In this document: positions 1 to 9,142 of the stretch, piece after piece
Layout of the letters: every line of letters starts with the position of its first letter
How positions within the stretch are numbered: the stretch's first letter is position 1
NCBI GenBank assembly: GCA_035638715.1
Contig: DASQZL010000110.1
Span: 1 to 40,370 of the forward strand
Length of the DNA stretch: 40,370 nucleotides
Direction of reading: 5' to 3'
Source: Balneolaceae bacterium
Lineage (GTDB): Bacteria > Bacteroidota > Rhodothermia > Balneolales > Balneolaceae
Notes under the pieces: generated by a model
Told to the model about the DNA's origin: nothing
The model's database searches: none
Seen by the model: only the letters and a program-made list of their open reading frames with translations
Translations under genes and position numbers: made by a program

Positions 1-213
1 ACTAATACCTATGACCCGGGCATCCAGTGAGTTATAAAGTTTCATATTGTCACGCATGGTGCAAACTTCCTCTGTGCATGTAGGCGAAAATGCCAGTGGA
101 AAAAATAACAGCACGACGTTTTCACTTCCCTGAAAGCCCGACAGCGATATCGTGTTGCCCTCGGTATTTTGTAATTCTATTTCCGGCGCTTTACTTCCTT
201 TTAATTGTTTCAT
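1..213 (-). CDS. Peroxiredoxin (AhpC/TSA-Bcp family), N-terminal part only; the gene runs off the left edge
   Basis: Absent from the ORF track because it is truncated. The reverse complement from ATG at 213..211 reads MKQLKGSKAPEIELQNTEGNTISLSGFQGSENVVLLFFPLAFSPTCTEEVCTMRDNMKLYNSLDARVIGIS. FPLAFSPTCT is the typical peroxidatic-Cys context of thiol peroxidases. Confidence 0.7.
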   Translation of the reverse strand, partial: MKQLKGSKAPEIELQNTEGNTISLSGFQGSENVVLLFFPLAFSPTCTEEVCTMRDNMKLYNSLDARVIGIS

Positions 214-451
214 GATATAAGTTTTTATTTAATTTCATAAAAAGAGGACTAATAAATAACCGACCACTTTTGTCATTCTTAATTTGTTCAGAGAATTTCA
301 TATTGGTTTTTAGCCTTTAAACACGGATTCTGAAGAGATCTGAAACCAGTTCAGGTCTAAAAATTCGGATGATATTTTGGGTTTTTAAAAGGCTTCAAAA
401 AATTATCAGCTAAATACTATCTGCCTCATATTTATGAAATTTACATTCGAT

Positions 452-1075
452 TTACAATGTTTCACCAGCTGTTTGCTGTAAATAATCATTTACCAAAAGA
501 AAGCCGCTTAACACTGTTACAATGCCAACTGCAAGCAAAACATGTTCTAAAATAGCATACGACGGTAGTAGCATATTTATAATAAAACTCAGAAGAAAAA
601 AAACGGTACCTGCGAAAATTATGAAATATCTATGCTCATTGTAACTATAAGATATAAAAATCAAGAGACCAACAATAGTTATTGCCGCCTCATAAATATT
701 TATTAGAAAATTTTGAAGCACCGTTGAATTATAGACCAAGCCGTATGATAGTACAATAATAAATGGAAATACGATATAAGATCCGGTAAATTGGCCATAA
801 ACGGGTTTCATATTCTTCAGGAAAAGCAGTAGTGAACTAAGTACGAAAGCTATGCTGAAAATTTGAGCCCAGCGTGTTATTTGGCTGATGATAACAGCTC
901 CCATCCCCTCGCCTATTATTGGCGAAACAATCATTCCCGCAACAATAAGAATAAAGAGTAAAGACGCTATAAATATTGCTAAAATTTTAAATTTATTTAT
1001 CTTTTTATAAAGATAAAAGGAAATGCACGAAGCAAAAACTCCAGCTGCTGCAAGTAAATATACCCCCCAGTGCAT
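452..1075 (-). CDS. Integral membrane protein of unknown function (multiple hydrophobic helices)
   Basis: 207-aa ORF that is almost entirely hydrophobic segments separated by short polar loops. I recognise no catalytic motif. Confidence 0.55.
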   Translation of the reverse strand: MHWGVYLLAAAGVFASCISFYLYKKINKFKILAIFIASLLFILIVAGMIVSPIIGEGMGAVIISQITRWAQIFSIAFVLSSLLLFLKNMKPVYGQFTGSYIVFPFIIVLSYGLVYNSTVLQNFLINIYEAAITIVGLLIFISYSYNEHRYFIIFAGTVFFLLSFIINMLLPSYAILEHVLLAVGIVTVLSGFLLVNDYLQQTAGETL

Positions 1076-1085
1076 AAGCTGAGTT

Positions 1086-1649
1086 TTATTGTTTATTATT
1101 TGAGGAAGGGTTTTGCATGGCGCGTTTATGTTTTAATTTGCGTTCGCTTTGCTTTTGATCATTAAAAACGCGTACCAGTTCAGCAATTTTTTTCAATTGT
1201 CTTCGATCAAACCGAATCATTTCACGTACAAAATCATACAATAAAATTTGTTGTTCATTTTTATAAACAACTGTTTCCCAATCAATTATAGAAATATTTT
1301 TTAAAGTATTTATGACCCCTGCCCGGTGCTTGGCCAGATTACTCAGTAATTTTTGAATGTTATTGAGGATCTCCCCATCGGGATCGAAGGTTTCTTTAAA
1401 ATCGATAAAATCGTCGAGATGGGTGGGACGCGGATTTTCAACCGCTTCTTTTATAATTGGCCGGTAATATGAAAGTTGGGCATGATCAATAAGTAAAAGC
1501 ATTTCGGCAATGGAGTAGCGCTCATCCGGGAGACTTTCATTATACGGTACGTTATCAATTACATATTTGAGAGCTTCTGCCTCATCCTGCAAATACGCAG
1601 CGTCATCGATAAGTTGATCAACCTGATCCTGAGAAATTTCTTTGTCCAT
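1086..1649 (-). CDS. Hypothetical soluble protein with a basic C-terminal tail
   Basis: 187-aa ORF packed tightly between the membrane protein and nuoI (7-10 bp gaps). Helical, acidic N-terminus. I cannot assign a family confidently; a DinB-like fold is only a guess. Confidence 0.5.
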   Translation of the reverse strand: MDKEISQDQVDQLIDDAAYLQDEAEALKYVIDNVPYNESLPDERYSIAEMLLLIDHAQLSYYRPIIKEAVENPRPTHLDDFIDFKETFDPDGEILNNIQKLLSNLAKHRAGVINTLKNISIIDWETVVYKNEQQILLYDFVREMIRFDRRQLKKIAELVRVFNDQKQSERKLKHKRAMQNPSSNNKQ

Positions 1650-1655
1650 AATAAA

Positions 1656-2354
1656 TTAGCGCGCCCAATTAGAATTGGCCTGTACATTATCGTTTTTCTC
1701 TTGACGTTCAAGCATATCCACCAATGAAAGCCCTGCGTTAAACTCACGATCCCGGTCGCGGACTGAATGAATATTATTTTCTTCCTGAAAGTTCCAGAAC
1801 TGACCAAACTGACTATTTTTATATTCGCGCAAAAATTCCAGGCGATCCTGTAAATCTTCTTTAGGTACAAGAAGACGTTCTTTGTCGTAGATCGCTTCTT
1901 CACGCGATTCAAAGACGATATCGTAATCCTTGCTCATTACAATGGCTTCTTCCGGGCATACCTCCTCGCAGTACCCGCAATAAATGCACCGAAGCATATT
2001 TATCTCAAAAAAGTCGGGATACCGTTCTTTAGGATCATCGGCCTCTTCATTTGCCTGCATACTGATTGCCAGTGGTGGACATGCGCGTGCACAAAGCCCG
2101 CAGGCTACACAGCGTTCTTTGCCGTTATCTTCAACCAAAACCGGACGGCCACGAAATATATCCGGCGGATCCCACTTCTCATCGGGATACTGCATGGTAA
2201 CTTTGGGTTGAAACATTTGTTTAAACGAGTACCAGAGGGCCTTGAAAATTTCTGGAAGATATATTTCCTCAAGAAAAGAGAACGAGCGCTCACGATCATA
2301 AGCTTCATTGAGCGCGTTTGCCCGGGGTTCTTCTAAGTTAGTAGATTGAGCCAT
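1656..2354 (-). CDS. nuoI: NADH-quinone oxidoreductase subunit I (2x[4Fe-4S] ferredoxin subunit), with N- and C-terminal extensions
   Basis: Two CxxCxxCxxxCP motifs ([12 protein letters not shown] and [12 protein letters not shown]). The NuoI-typical YPDEK...FRGRP segment lies upstream of the first cluster. Confidence 0.8.
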   Translation of the reverse strand: MAQSTNLEEPRANALNEAYDRERSFSFLEEIYLPEIFKALWYSFKQMFQPKVTMQYPDEKWDPPDIFRGRPVLVEDNGKERCVACGLCARACPPLAISMQANEEADDPKERYPDFFEINMLRCIYCGYCEEVCPEEAIVMSKDYDIVFESREEAIYDKERLLVPKEDLQDRLEFLREYKNSQFGQFWNFQEENNIHSVRDRDREFNAGLSLVDMLERQEKNDNVQANSNWAR

Positions 2355-2433
2355 TTACGTTATTGATTAATCATCATGATCAGTTACGACGGGTAAAATA
2401 AGCTATTAAGCAATATACCTCAAAGAAAAATCA

Positions 2434-3741
2434 TTATTTTTGCCGAAAAATTGTAGTTATGGGAACGCCGGTAAAACCAAATTCCCGCCGTATATTTTTT
2501 TCTATGAAGCGCCGGTAATTAGTTGGTAGCTCTGACGGCATGTTCATAAAAAATTTGAATACGGGGGGATTACTTTTTACCTGTAATCCATATTTTATTT
2601 TCAATGCCCGCCCATGCTTCATCGGCAAAGGGCGATCTTTCAAAATTTTCTGCAAAAAATCATTAAATGTTGACGTATCGATTTTTTTGTTACGTTCCGC
2701 AATGACTTTGTTTGCAGTGTCAAGTACGCGATGAATGCGCTTTTTGGTGAGTGCGGAAGCTGAAACGATGGGAACCCAGCGCATATCCTGAATACGATCA
2801 TACACGTATTCCTTGAATTCCTGAAAGATATTCGGGTTTTCCTGCGGAACAAGGTCCCATTTATTTAGTACCAAAACGAGCCCTTTGTTATAATCGGCCG
2901 CCTGTTTCAAGATGTGGCGGTCCTGATGTTCAAAGCCTTGTACCGCATCAACCATGACCACAGCCACATCACATTCGCGCAAGGCCCGGTCTGTTCGCAC
3001 CGTACTATAAAATTCAACCCCCTCCTTTACGTTTTTTTGTTTTCTCAGGCCGGCTGTATCAACAAGAATATAGTTGCGATCTTTATAGACCAGTTTGCTA
3101 TCGATTGAATCGCGTGTGGTGCCGGGGATTTCTGTGACAATGCAGCGGTCATCATTTAATAGTGCATTTACGAAACTGCTTTTGCCTACATTGGGGCGCC
3201 CGACAATGGCCAGCCTGGGCGATTCGGAATCGGTTCTGCCCTCTTGCTCGGGTAACAGTTCAACCATCCGATCGAGCAAGTCGCCGGTGCCTCGTCCATT
3301 GGTAGCCGATATGGGAAAGAGTTCTTTAAATCCCAGCGAATAGAATTCGGCGGCGTTTAGCTCTCGTTCCCGATTATCGGATTTATTTGCTACGAGCAGA
3401 ACGGGCTTGTCTTGCTTCCGCAGCAAGTCGGCCATGGCCTGATCAAGACTGGTTATACCGGCCTCTACGTCTACTACAAATAAAATCAGATCAGATTCCT
3501 GTATTGCCAGAAAAATTTGCTCTCTTGTCCGGCTTTCGATTGTGCCGGATTCATCCGGCAGATATCCTCCGGTATCAATGACTGAAAAATCTCGTCCATT
3601 CCAGTAAGAATCTCCATAATGGCGATCGCGGGTCACACCATAAAAATCGTCTACGATGGCTTTTCTTTTGCCAATCAGGCGATTAAAAATGGTTGATTTG
3701 CCTACATTAGGGCGTCCGACAATTGATATAACCGGAAGCAT
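2434..3741 (-). CDS. der: Ribosome-associated GTPase Der/EngA (tandem GTPase domains)
   Basis: Two P-loops (GRPNVGKST, GRPNVGKSS), two DTGG/DTAG and NKSD/NKWD motifs, and a KH-like C-terminus. Confidence 0.95.
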   Translation of the reverse strand: MLPVISIVGRPNVGKSTIFNRLIGKRKAIVDDFYGVTRDRHYGDSYWNGRDFSVIDTGGYLPDESGTIESRTREQIFLAIQESDLILFVVDVEAGITSLDQAMADLLRKQDKPVLLVANKSDNRERELNAAEFYSLGFKELFPISATNGRGTGDLLDRMVELLPEQEGRTDSESPRLAIVGRPNVGKSSFVNALLNDDRCIVTEIPGTTRDSIDSKLVYKDRNYILVDTAGLRKQKNVKEGVEFYSTVRTDRALRECDVAVVMVDAVQGFEHQDRHILKQAADYNKGLVLVLNKWDLVPQENPNIFQEFKEYVYDRIQDMRWVPIVSASALTKKRIHRVLDTANKVIAERNKKIDTSTFNDFLQKILKDRPLPMKHGRALKIKYGLQVKSNPPVFKFFMNMPSELPTNYRRFIEKNIRREFGFTGVPITTIFRQK

Positions 3742-3824
3742 TTTGCGAATATTTTTATTATGTTGAAGGTGTTATAAAAATCCTAAAGATAAGGAAATAT
3801 CCACGAAAACAGAATTATTTCAAT

Positions 3825-4058
3825 ATGCTTGAAAACTTTTATCATGCTTTTGGATTCTTTGGAGCGCTTGCTGTGGCATTAATCGGATTTTCTGTTTTTA
3901 TTTTTTGGGTTGCCGGAATAGCCGGCATTGGAAATTTACCGGAGTCGAGGAAAAAGAATATCATGCTCATAGCTTGCATTATCTTCCCTCCTTTCCCGTT
4001 TTTCTGGATTTTTTACGATATTAACCGCGAGCGAAAACTTATGAAGGAAGGAAAATAA
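3825..4058 (+). CDS. Small two-helix membrane protein, unknown function
   Basis: 77-aa ORF with two clear hydrophobic helices and a basic C-terminal tail. It occupies an otherwise empty gap and is followed by a hairpin plus T-tract. Confidence 0.45.
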   Translation: MLENFYHAFGFFGALAVALIGFSVFIFWVAGIAGIGNLPESRKKNIMLIACIIFPPFPFFWIFYDINRERKLMKEGK

Positions 4059-4138
4059 TTTCATAAGACGGTTAAAATTCGAATACTAACTCTTTAGTTT
4101 CTGTCATTCAAAAATTGAGATTCCCAACTTCTTACCTT

Positions 4139-4182
4139 AAAACCCTGATTTTGTATGAATGAAGTCAGGATTTTTCTTTTTT
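4139..4182 (+). terminator. Candidate weak rho-independent terminator
   Basis: CCTGA (4144-4148) pairs with TCAGG (4165-4169). A-T extension is possible after one mismatch. A 16-nt loop is followed by TTTTTCTTTTTT (4171-4182). Confidence 0.3.
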
Positions 4183-4253
4183 AAAGATATCTTTTTTCTG
4201 ATAATTTTAAGGTTGGCATCACAACAGTATTTTCGCATCATCGAAAACAAATT

Positions 4254-4895
4254 ATGTTAAATGAACCCTCTTTCATACCACAGGAACAAGGCTGGATTGA
4301 AATTATTTGTGGGGGCATGTTCAGCGGCAAAACGGAAGAACTCATCCGTCGCGCAAGACGTGCCCATATCGCCGGACAGAAAATTGTGATTGTTAAACCG
4401 GCGATTGATGAGCGCTACAGCGATAGTGAAATAGTATCGCATAACCAAAATGCACTGCCCAGTATTATTGTTGATACAGCCGATCAGATTGTGCTGCTTA
4501 CCGGTAATGCAAGAGTGATTTGTATTGATGAGGCGCAGTTTTTTGATAATCGGCTGGTTGATGTGGCCAATACACTTGCCAATGACGGCAAACGCGTCAT
4601 TATCGCAGGTCTTGATATGGATTTCGAGGGTCAGCCCTTCGAGCCCATGCCCCAACTGCTGGCTATCGGTGAATATATTACCAAATTACATGCCATTTGT
4701 GCTGAAAGCGGGCGAATAGCTCACTACTCGCAGCGAGTTGTGGAAAGTGAAGATCGGGTGCTGGTAGGTGAACGGGAAGCATACGAACCTCGTGCCCGGC
4801 ACTGCTTCCGCCCCCCTATCGACAAACGCCGGGGACAATCCCGTGATGTGGCCGAAAAGGTAAACAGCACTGTTGAGCAAAAAAACAAGTCATGA
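4254..4895 (+). CDS. tdk: Thymidine kinase
   Basis: P-loop GGMFSGKTEELIRR, the DEAQFF motif and a typical TK length, plus a charged C-terminal tail. Confidence 0.92.
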   Translation: MLNEPSFIPQEQGWIEIICGGMFSGKTEELIRRARRAHIAGQKIVIVKPAIDERYSDSEIVSHNQNALPSIIVDTADQIVLLTGNARVICIDEAQFFDNRLVDVANTLANDGKRVIIAGLDMDFEGQPFEPMPQLLAIGEYITKLHAICAESGRIAHYSQRVVESEDRVLVGEREAYEPRARHCFRPPIDKRRGQSRDVAEKVNSTVEQKNKS

Positions 4896-5286
4896 TTTTT
4901 AAATTGATATTTATCCTTTACAAGTGCTTGTAATCTGCGAAATTTTGATGTAACGGATGATAAAATTCAGGAATCAGAGTGGAAATGAAGCGTACCATTT
5001 TGCAGTAATCCGAATGGAATTTTTAAAAATAGGAAGTCTTTGAAAGGGAACTTTACAATACTAAAGATTTGGTCATTCCAAGGATCCCGACAACATTCGG
5101 GATCGGGATGACAGATGGGTTCTGTAAAGACCTCTGAAAAAATAAAATCCGAACTTTCATCTCGATGATTTGGGATGAAATACTTAGTTTTGCAAAGATA
5201 CATAATCTGATAAGATTTTAACGAATGAATAGATTGTCTGTGAATATTTTTGAAAAAGCTTTTCGGTCAACCATTATTCCTACTTC

Positions 5287-6633
5287 ATGATCAATATTTT
5301 TCGAGGTATCGGGGGTATGGCAGCAATCATATTGCTGGCATATCTATTTAGCAACAACAAAAAACATATTAACTGGAGCATGGTCATCAAAGGGATGATC
5401 CTGCAGTTTGTGTTGGCTGTATTTATTTTGAAAGGAACTCAAATGGCCGGCTTCTGGTCTCCCCTCGGCTGGCCCAAAGACTTTTTTAGCTGGGTTTCAT
5501 CTTTTTTTGTCGTTGTTCTTAATTTTACAACCAAGGGGGCAACATTCGTTTTTGGAAATTTGGCTAAAAGTCCCGGTACCAAGGGAAGCATGGGCAGTTT
5601 TTTTGCTTTTCAGGTGCTGCCAACCATTGTATTTTTTGGTTCCTTAACAACGATACTGTACCACTATGGCATACTGCAGCGCATCGTGGCATTTATGGCG
5701 TGGGTAATGCAAAAATTTCTTGACACCTCTGGTGCCGAGTCATTATCGGTGATTTCGAATATATTTGTAGGACAAACGGAGGCTCCGCTTATCGTTAAAC
5801 CTTATGTTGAGGACATGACAAAATCCGAGTTACTTGCTGTTATGACCGGGGGCATGGCGACAATTGCTGGTGGCGTGATGGCTGCCTATGTTCAAATGCT
5901 CGGGAATTCCTATGCCCACGCGCATAACGTCAGCTTGCATGCGGGACGTTTACTGTTTGCCCAGCAGTTGCTGGGTGCCAGTTTGATGGCTGCCCCCGGG
6001 GCCTTGGTTATCGCAAAGATTCTTCATCCTGAGACCGATGAGCCGGAAACCATGGGTGAAGTCTCTGTTAATATTGAAAAGCCCGATGCGAACGGTATAG
6101 ATGCAGCTGCAAGTGGTGCTGCAACCGGCCTCCGGCTGGCAGTGAACGTTGGCGCCATGTTACTTGCTTTCATCGCTCTGCTGGCCATGGGTAATTACGT
6201 TGTCGAGTGGTTTGGTGGAATAACAGGAATTAACGGGTTAATCTCCAATGGTTCTTTACGCATCGAAACAATTCTTGGCTGGATTCTCTCCCCCGTTGCT
6301 TATATTATAGGTGTGCCCTGGACTGATGCCATACATATGGGATCGTTACTGGGCACCAAGGTGGTATTGAATGAATTTGTTGCGTATACCAAGCTCTCGG
6401 CTTTTGTAAAAAGTAATGCACTTGATCCAAAAACAGTGCGAATGGCAACATTTGCCCTATGCGGGTTTGCAAATTTTTCATCCATTGCAATTCAAATTGC
6501 CGGTATTGGCGGCCTGGCACCAAGCCGAAAATCTGAGCTCGCAAAATTTGGCCTTAAAGCTGTTCTGGCTGGCACCCTGGCTAATTTGATGACTGCCACT
6601 ATTGCGGGAATGTTATTTTTCGGTTCAACATAA
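5287..6633 (+). CDS. Concentrative nucleoside transporter (NupC/CNT family)
   Basis: 448-aa polytopic membrane protein. It has the N-terminal pattern IFRGIGGMAAIILLAYLFSNNKKHINW and the central GQTEAPL and GGMATIAGG segments typical of NupC-type permeases. It sits next to tdk, giving a salvage pairing. Confidence 0.88.
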   Translation: MINIFRGIGGMAAIILLAYLFSNNKKHINWSMVIKGMILQFVLAVFILKGTQMAGFWSPLGWPKDFFSWVSSFFVVVLNFTTKGATFVFGNLAKSPGTKGSMGSFFAFQVLPTIVFFGSLTTILYHYGILQRIVAFMAWVMQKFLDTSGAESLSVISNIFVGQTEAPLIVKPYVEDMTKSELLAVMTGGMATIAGGVMAAYVQMLGNSYAHAHNVSLHAGRLLFAQQLLGASLMAAPGALVIAKILHPETDEPETMGEVSVNIEKPDANGIDAAASGAATGLRLAVNVGAMLLAFIALLAMGNYVVEWFGGITGINGLISNGSLRIETILGWILSPVAYIIGVPWTDAIHMGSLLGTKVVLNEFVAYTKLSAFVKSNALDPKTVRMATFALCGFANFSSIAIQIAGIGGLAPSRKSELAKFGLKAVLAGTLANLMTATIAGMLFFGST

Positions 6634-6742
6634 CGAAAATTGTATGTCCAAATACAAAAATAGTTATTTTTAAGCTAAGCGAATCATTTAAGAAAAGGTT
6701 GCCCTTTGTTCAGTCTGCATATTTTAATACTTTGATATCACC

Positions 6743-7657
6743 ATGAAAACTGCATTAGGATTAATAATGCTCTGTATTGGCGCCGTAATTCTTACCGGTT
6801 GCTCACACAATCATACCAATGGAAAGAACGGGCCAATGTATCTTGCACGGGTTGGTTCATCTTATTTGACTGTAAGTGAGGCTAAATCCAAAATTCCGGA
6901 TTATGCTTACAAAAATAATCCGGTTCAGGCCCTTAAAAAATATCGGAAACACTGGATTAACCGGCAATTGGAACTGCAGGAAGCACATAAAAAAAATCTG
7001 GCAAACCAGAAGAAAGTTAAACAGCGGCTGGCCGAAGCCCGACAGGAAGTTTTGCTGGATGCTTTAAAAAAAGCGGTATTGTCCAAACATAAAAAGAAAA
7101 CAGCCGTCAGTGATTCTGCCGCAATAAATTATTATCACCGGCATCATAAAAAGCTTATTCTGAAACAACGATTTGTAAAATTTAGACAGGTCGCCACTCA
7201 TTATCTCAGCACCGCCCGGCAGGCACGGAATCAGCTCAGAGATGATTCATCCTGGGTTGAAGTCGCCCGCAATTTCAGCATAAATCCGGGAGACAAGATC
7301 AAAAAATCGACCAAATTTTGGCCGGTTTCTTCTCTTTTTAATAATTTTCCACAGATGAAGAAATATGTCAGCCGGCTCGATTCCGGACAAATTTCCCCCA
7401 TACAACGCTTTAACGGAGTTTATCAGTTTATACAGATAGTTGATGTTCGTGAAAAGGGACAATCGGCTAATCCCGAATGGTTCATCGGTCAGCTAAAAGA
7501 ATGGCTTAGACTTGATAATCAGCGCGAATACTACGATTCGTACGTAAAAAACCTTTATTTTAAAGCGAAACGCAACAATCAAATTGAACTTTATAACGTT
7601 GATTCAACACGATTAAATGGTAAAATTGATTCTACGAATACTAAAGCTTATGAATGA
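6743..7657 (+). CDS. Lipoprotein with a SurA-N-like region and a degenerate parvulin-like domain
   Basis: Lipobox LTGCS after a hydrophobic signal. The C-terminal half resembles a PpiC/parvulin domain (…SGQISPIQRFNGVYQFIQIV) but lacks the clean FGFH motif. Overlaps the next gene by 8 bp. Confidence 0.65.
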   Translation: MKTALGLIMLCIGAVILTGCSHNHTNGKNGPMYLARVGSSYLTVSEAKSKIPDYAYKNNPVQALKKYRKHWINRQLELQEAHKKNLANQKKVKQRLAEARQEVLLDALKKAVLSKHKKKTAVSDSAAINYYHRHHKKLILKQRFVKFRQVATHYLSTARQARNQLRDDSSWVEVARNFSINPGDKIKKSTKFWPVSSLFNNFPQMKKYVSRLDSGQISPIQRFNGVYQFIQIVDVREKGQSANPEWFIGQLKEWLRLDNQREYYDSYVKNLYFKAKRNNQIELYNVDSTRLNGKIDSTNTKAYE

Positions 7658-9062
7658 TTTTCGCTTCACGGCATTTGCTACAATACTTTTTCTGCTGCCC
7701 ATTTTGGGATTACGGGCACAAAATACCACAGGCAGCCAGCCCCAGCCGGTCGATCAAATTGTCGCTGTGGTAGATTCGCACGTTATTTTGAAATCAGACG
7801 TGGACCAGCGGGTTAAACAGGAACTATATCAACTCCGGCAACAAAAAAATCAAAATGTATCATTTAAGAAAAGCATGTGGTATTCCGCTTTGCAAAGTAT
7901 GGTGCAAAATTATGTGTTGCTGGATCAGGCCAAAATTGACTCCGTTACGGTCACCGATGACCAGGTTAATCAGCGCGTGAACCAGACGATTCAACAATAT
8001 ATCAATCAGGTTGGCAGTAAATCTGCCCTTCAGAAACAGATGGGAAAAACGATGGCCGAAATCAGATCGAGCATGCGTAATAATTATCGGCGTCAGATGA
8101 TTATCCAAAAATATCGCCAGAAAAAGATGCAAAATGTTCAGATTACGCGGCCAGAAGTAAAGGCCTACTTTAACAGTATTCCCAAGGATTCATTGCCTAC
8201 GGTCCCGGAAAAAGTGGCTTTATCTCAGATCGTTGCTGTTGCACCTCCCAAGAAACACGCAATTGCCAAGGCACGTCACCTGGCCGAACAAATAAGAGAC
8301 TCAATCGTAAATGACGGCAAAAGTTTTGAAGCAATGGCAAAAAAATACAGTGATGGGCCCTCTGCAAAGAATGGCGGTGAAATTCCGATGTATCCGATTA
8401 ACCAGTTAACCCCTAATTATGCTGCCGCTGCATCGGCGCTGAAACCGGGAGAAGTTTCAAAAGTGGTGCGAACACCCTTTGGGTTTCATATTATTCGGTT
8501 GAACAAACGCCGGGGAAACAAAATTGATACAAATAATATTCTAATCGCCATCAGCAAAAATAGCTATAATAAGCAGGCGGCGATCAATAAATTGAACCAA
8601 CTTAGAGACAGTATTCTAAATAATGACAATGTCACTTTTGCCCAAATTGCAAGAAAGGAGTCTGATGATCCGAATACGGCTCCTCGCGGCGGTCGTATTT
8701 TGAATCCCCAAAATGGAAATCGCCTTCTAACCTTCGATCAGCTTGATCCGTCGCTGTATCGAATCGTGCTGCTTCTGAAAAATGTTGGTGACATATCCAA
8801 ACCAAAACCATTTACCCTGGGTAAAGGAAATGACAATATTACGAATAAACAAGCCTACCGTATTGTCCGCTTGGATAAAGACATTCCCGAGCACACCGCC
8901 AACCTTAAACAGGATTATTCAGCAATCAAAAATCGTGCGCTTCAGCAAAAGCAGTATAAAGTCATGCAAAAATGGCTTAACAGGCTCAAAAAACAGGTAT
9001 TTATTGATTATAAAATACCGCTGCCTAAAAAGTATTCCAAGCTTGCGCAAAATGGCAGGTAA
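7650..9062 (+). CDS. surA: Periplasmic chaperone / peptidyl-prolyl isomerase of the SurA family
   Basis: I moved the start to ATG 7650 (MNDFRFTAFATILFLLPILGLRAQ is a signal peptide); the ORF-track start at 7617 would bury the signal. The parvulin motif GGEIPMY…PFGFHIIRL is followed by a second degenerate parvulin-like region. Confidence 0.8.
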   Translation: MNDFRFTAFATILFLLPILGLRAQNTTGSQPQPVDQIVAVVDSHVILKSDVDQRVKQELYQLRQQKNQNVSFKKSMWYSALQSMVQNYVLLDQAKIDSVTVTDDQVNQRVNQTIQQYINQVGSKSALQKQMGKTMAEIRSSMRNNYRRQMIIQKYRQKKMQNVQITRPEVKAYFNSIPKDSLPTVPEKVALSQIVAVAPPKKHAIAKARHLAEQIRDSIVNDGKSFEAMAKKYSDGPSAKNGGEIPMYPINQLTPNYAAAASALKPGEVSKVVRTPFGFHIIRLNKRRGNKIDTNNILIAISKNSYNKQAAINKLNQLRDSILNNDNVTFAQIARKESDDPNTAPRGGRILNPQNGNRLLTFDQLDPSLYRIVLLLKNVGDISKPKPFTLGKGNDNITNKQAYRIVRLDKDIPEHTANLKQDYSAIKNRALQQKQYKVMQKWLNRLKKQVFIDYKIPLPKKYSKLAQNGR

Positions 9063-9142
9063 GGTGTTCGTTACTCTCGAATGTTATCGAACGATGGGCA
9101 TCACTTATTTGACGTTGGAATAATAGTCAAGTGTCGGATCAT

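Noticed and set aside
338-360. 9-bp hairpin AGATCTGAA-ACCAG-TTCAGGTCT downstream of the 207-aa membrane protein gene.
   Set aside because: Neither strand has an adjacent U-tract, so I cannot call it an intrinsic terminator. It may still be a processing or stability element.
1559-1912. 117-aa minus-strand ORF overlapping nuoI and the 187-aa gene.
   Set aside because: It lies in an alternative frame of two better-supported genes and has low-complexity basic composition, so it is a shadow ORF.
4918-4933. Short palindrome TTACAAGTGCTTGTAA after tdk as a possible terminator.
   Set aside because: The stem is only 6 bp and AT-rich with a weak T-run, which is not enough to annotate as a terminator.
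7617-7649. ORF-track start of SurA at 7617.
   Set aside because: It would put 11 residues ahead of a clean signal peptide. The ATG at 7650 overlaps the upstream stop in the typical coupled fashion.
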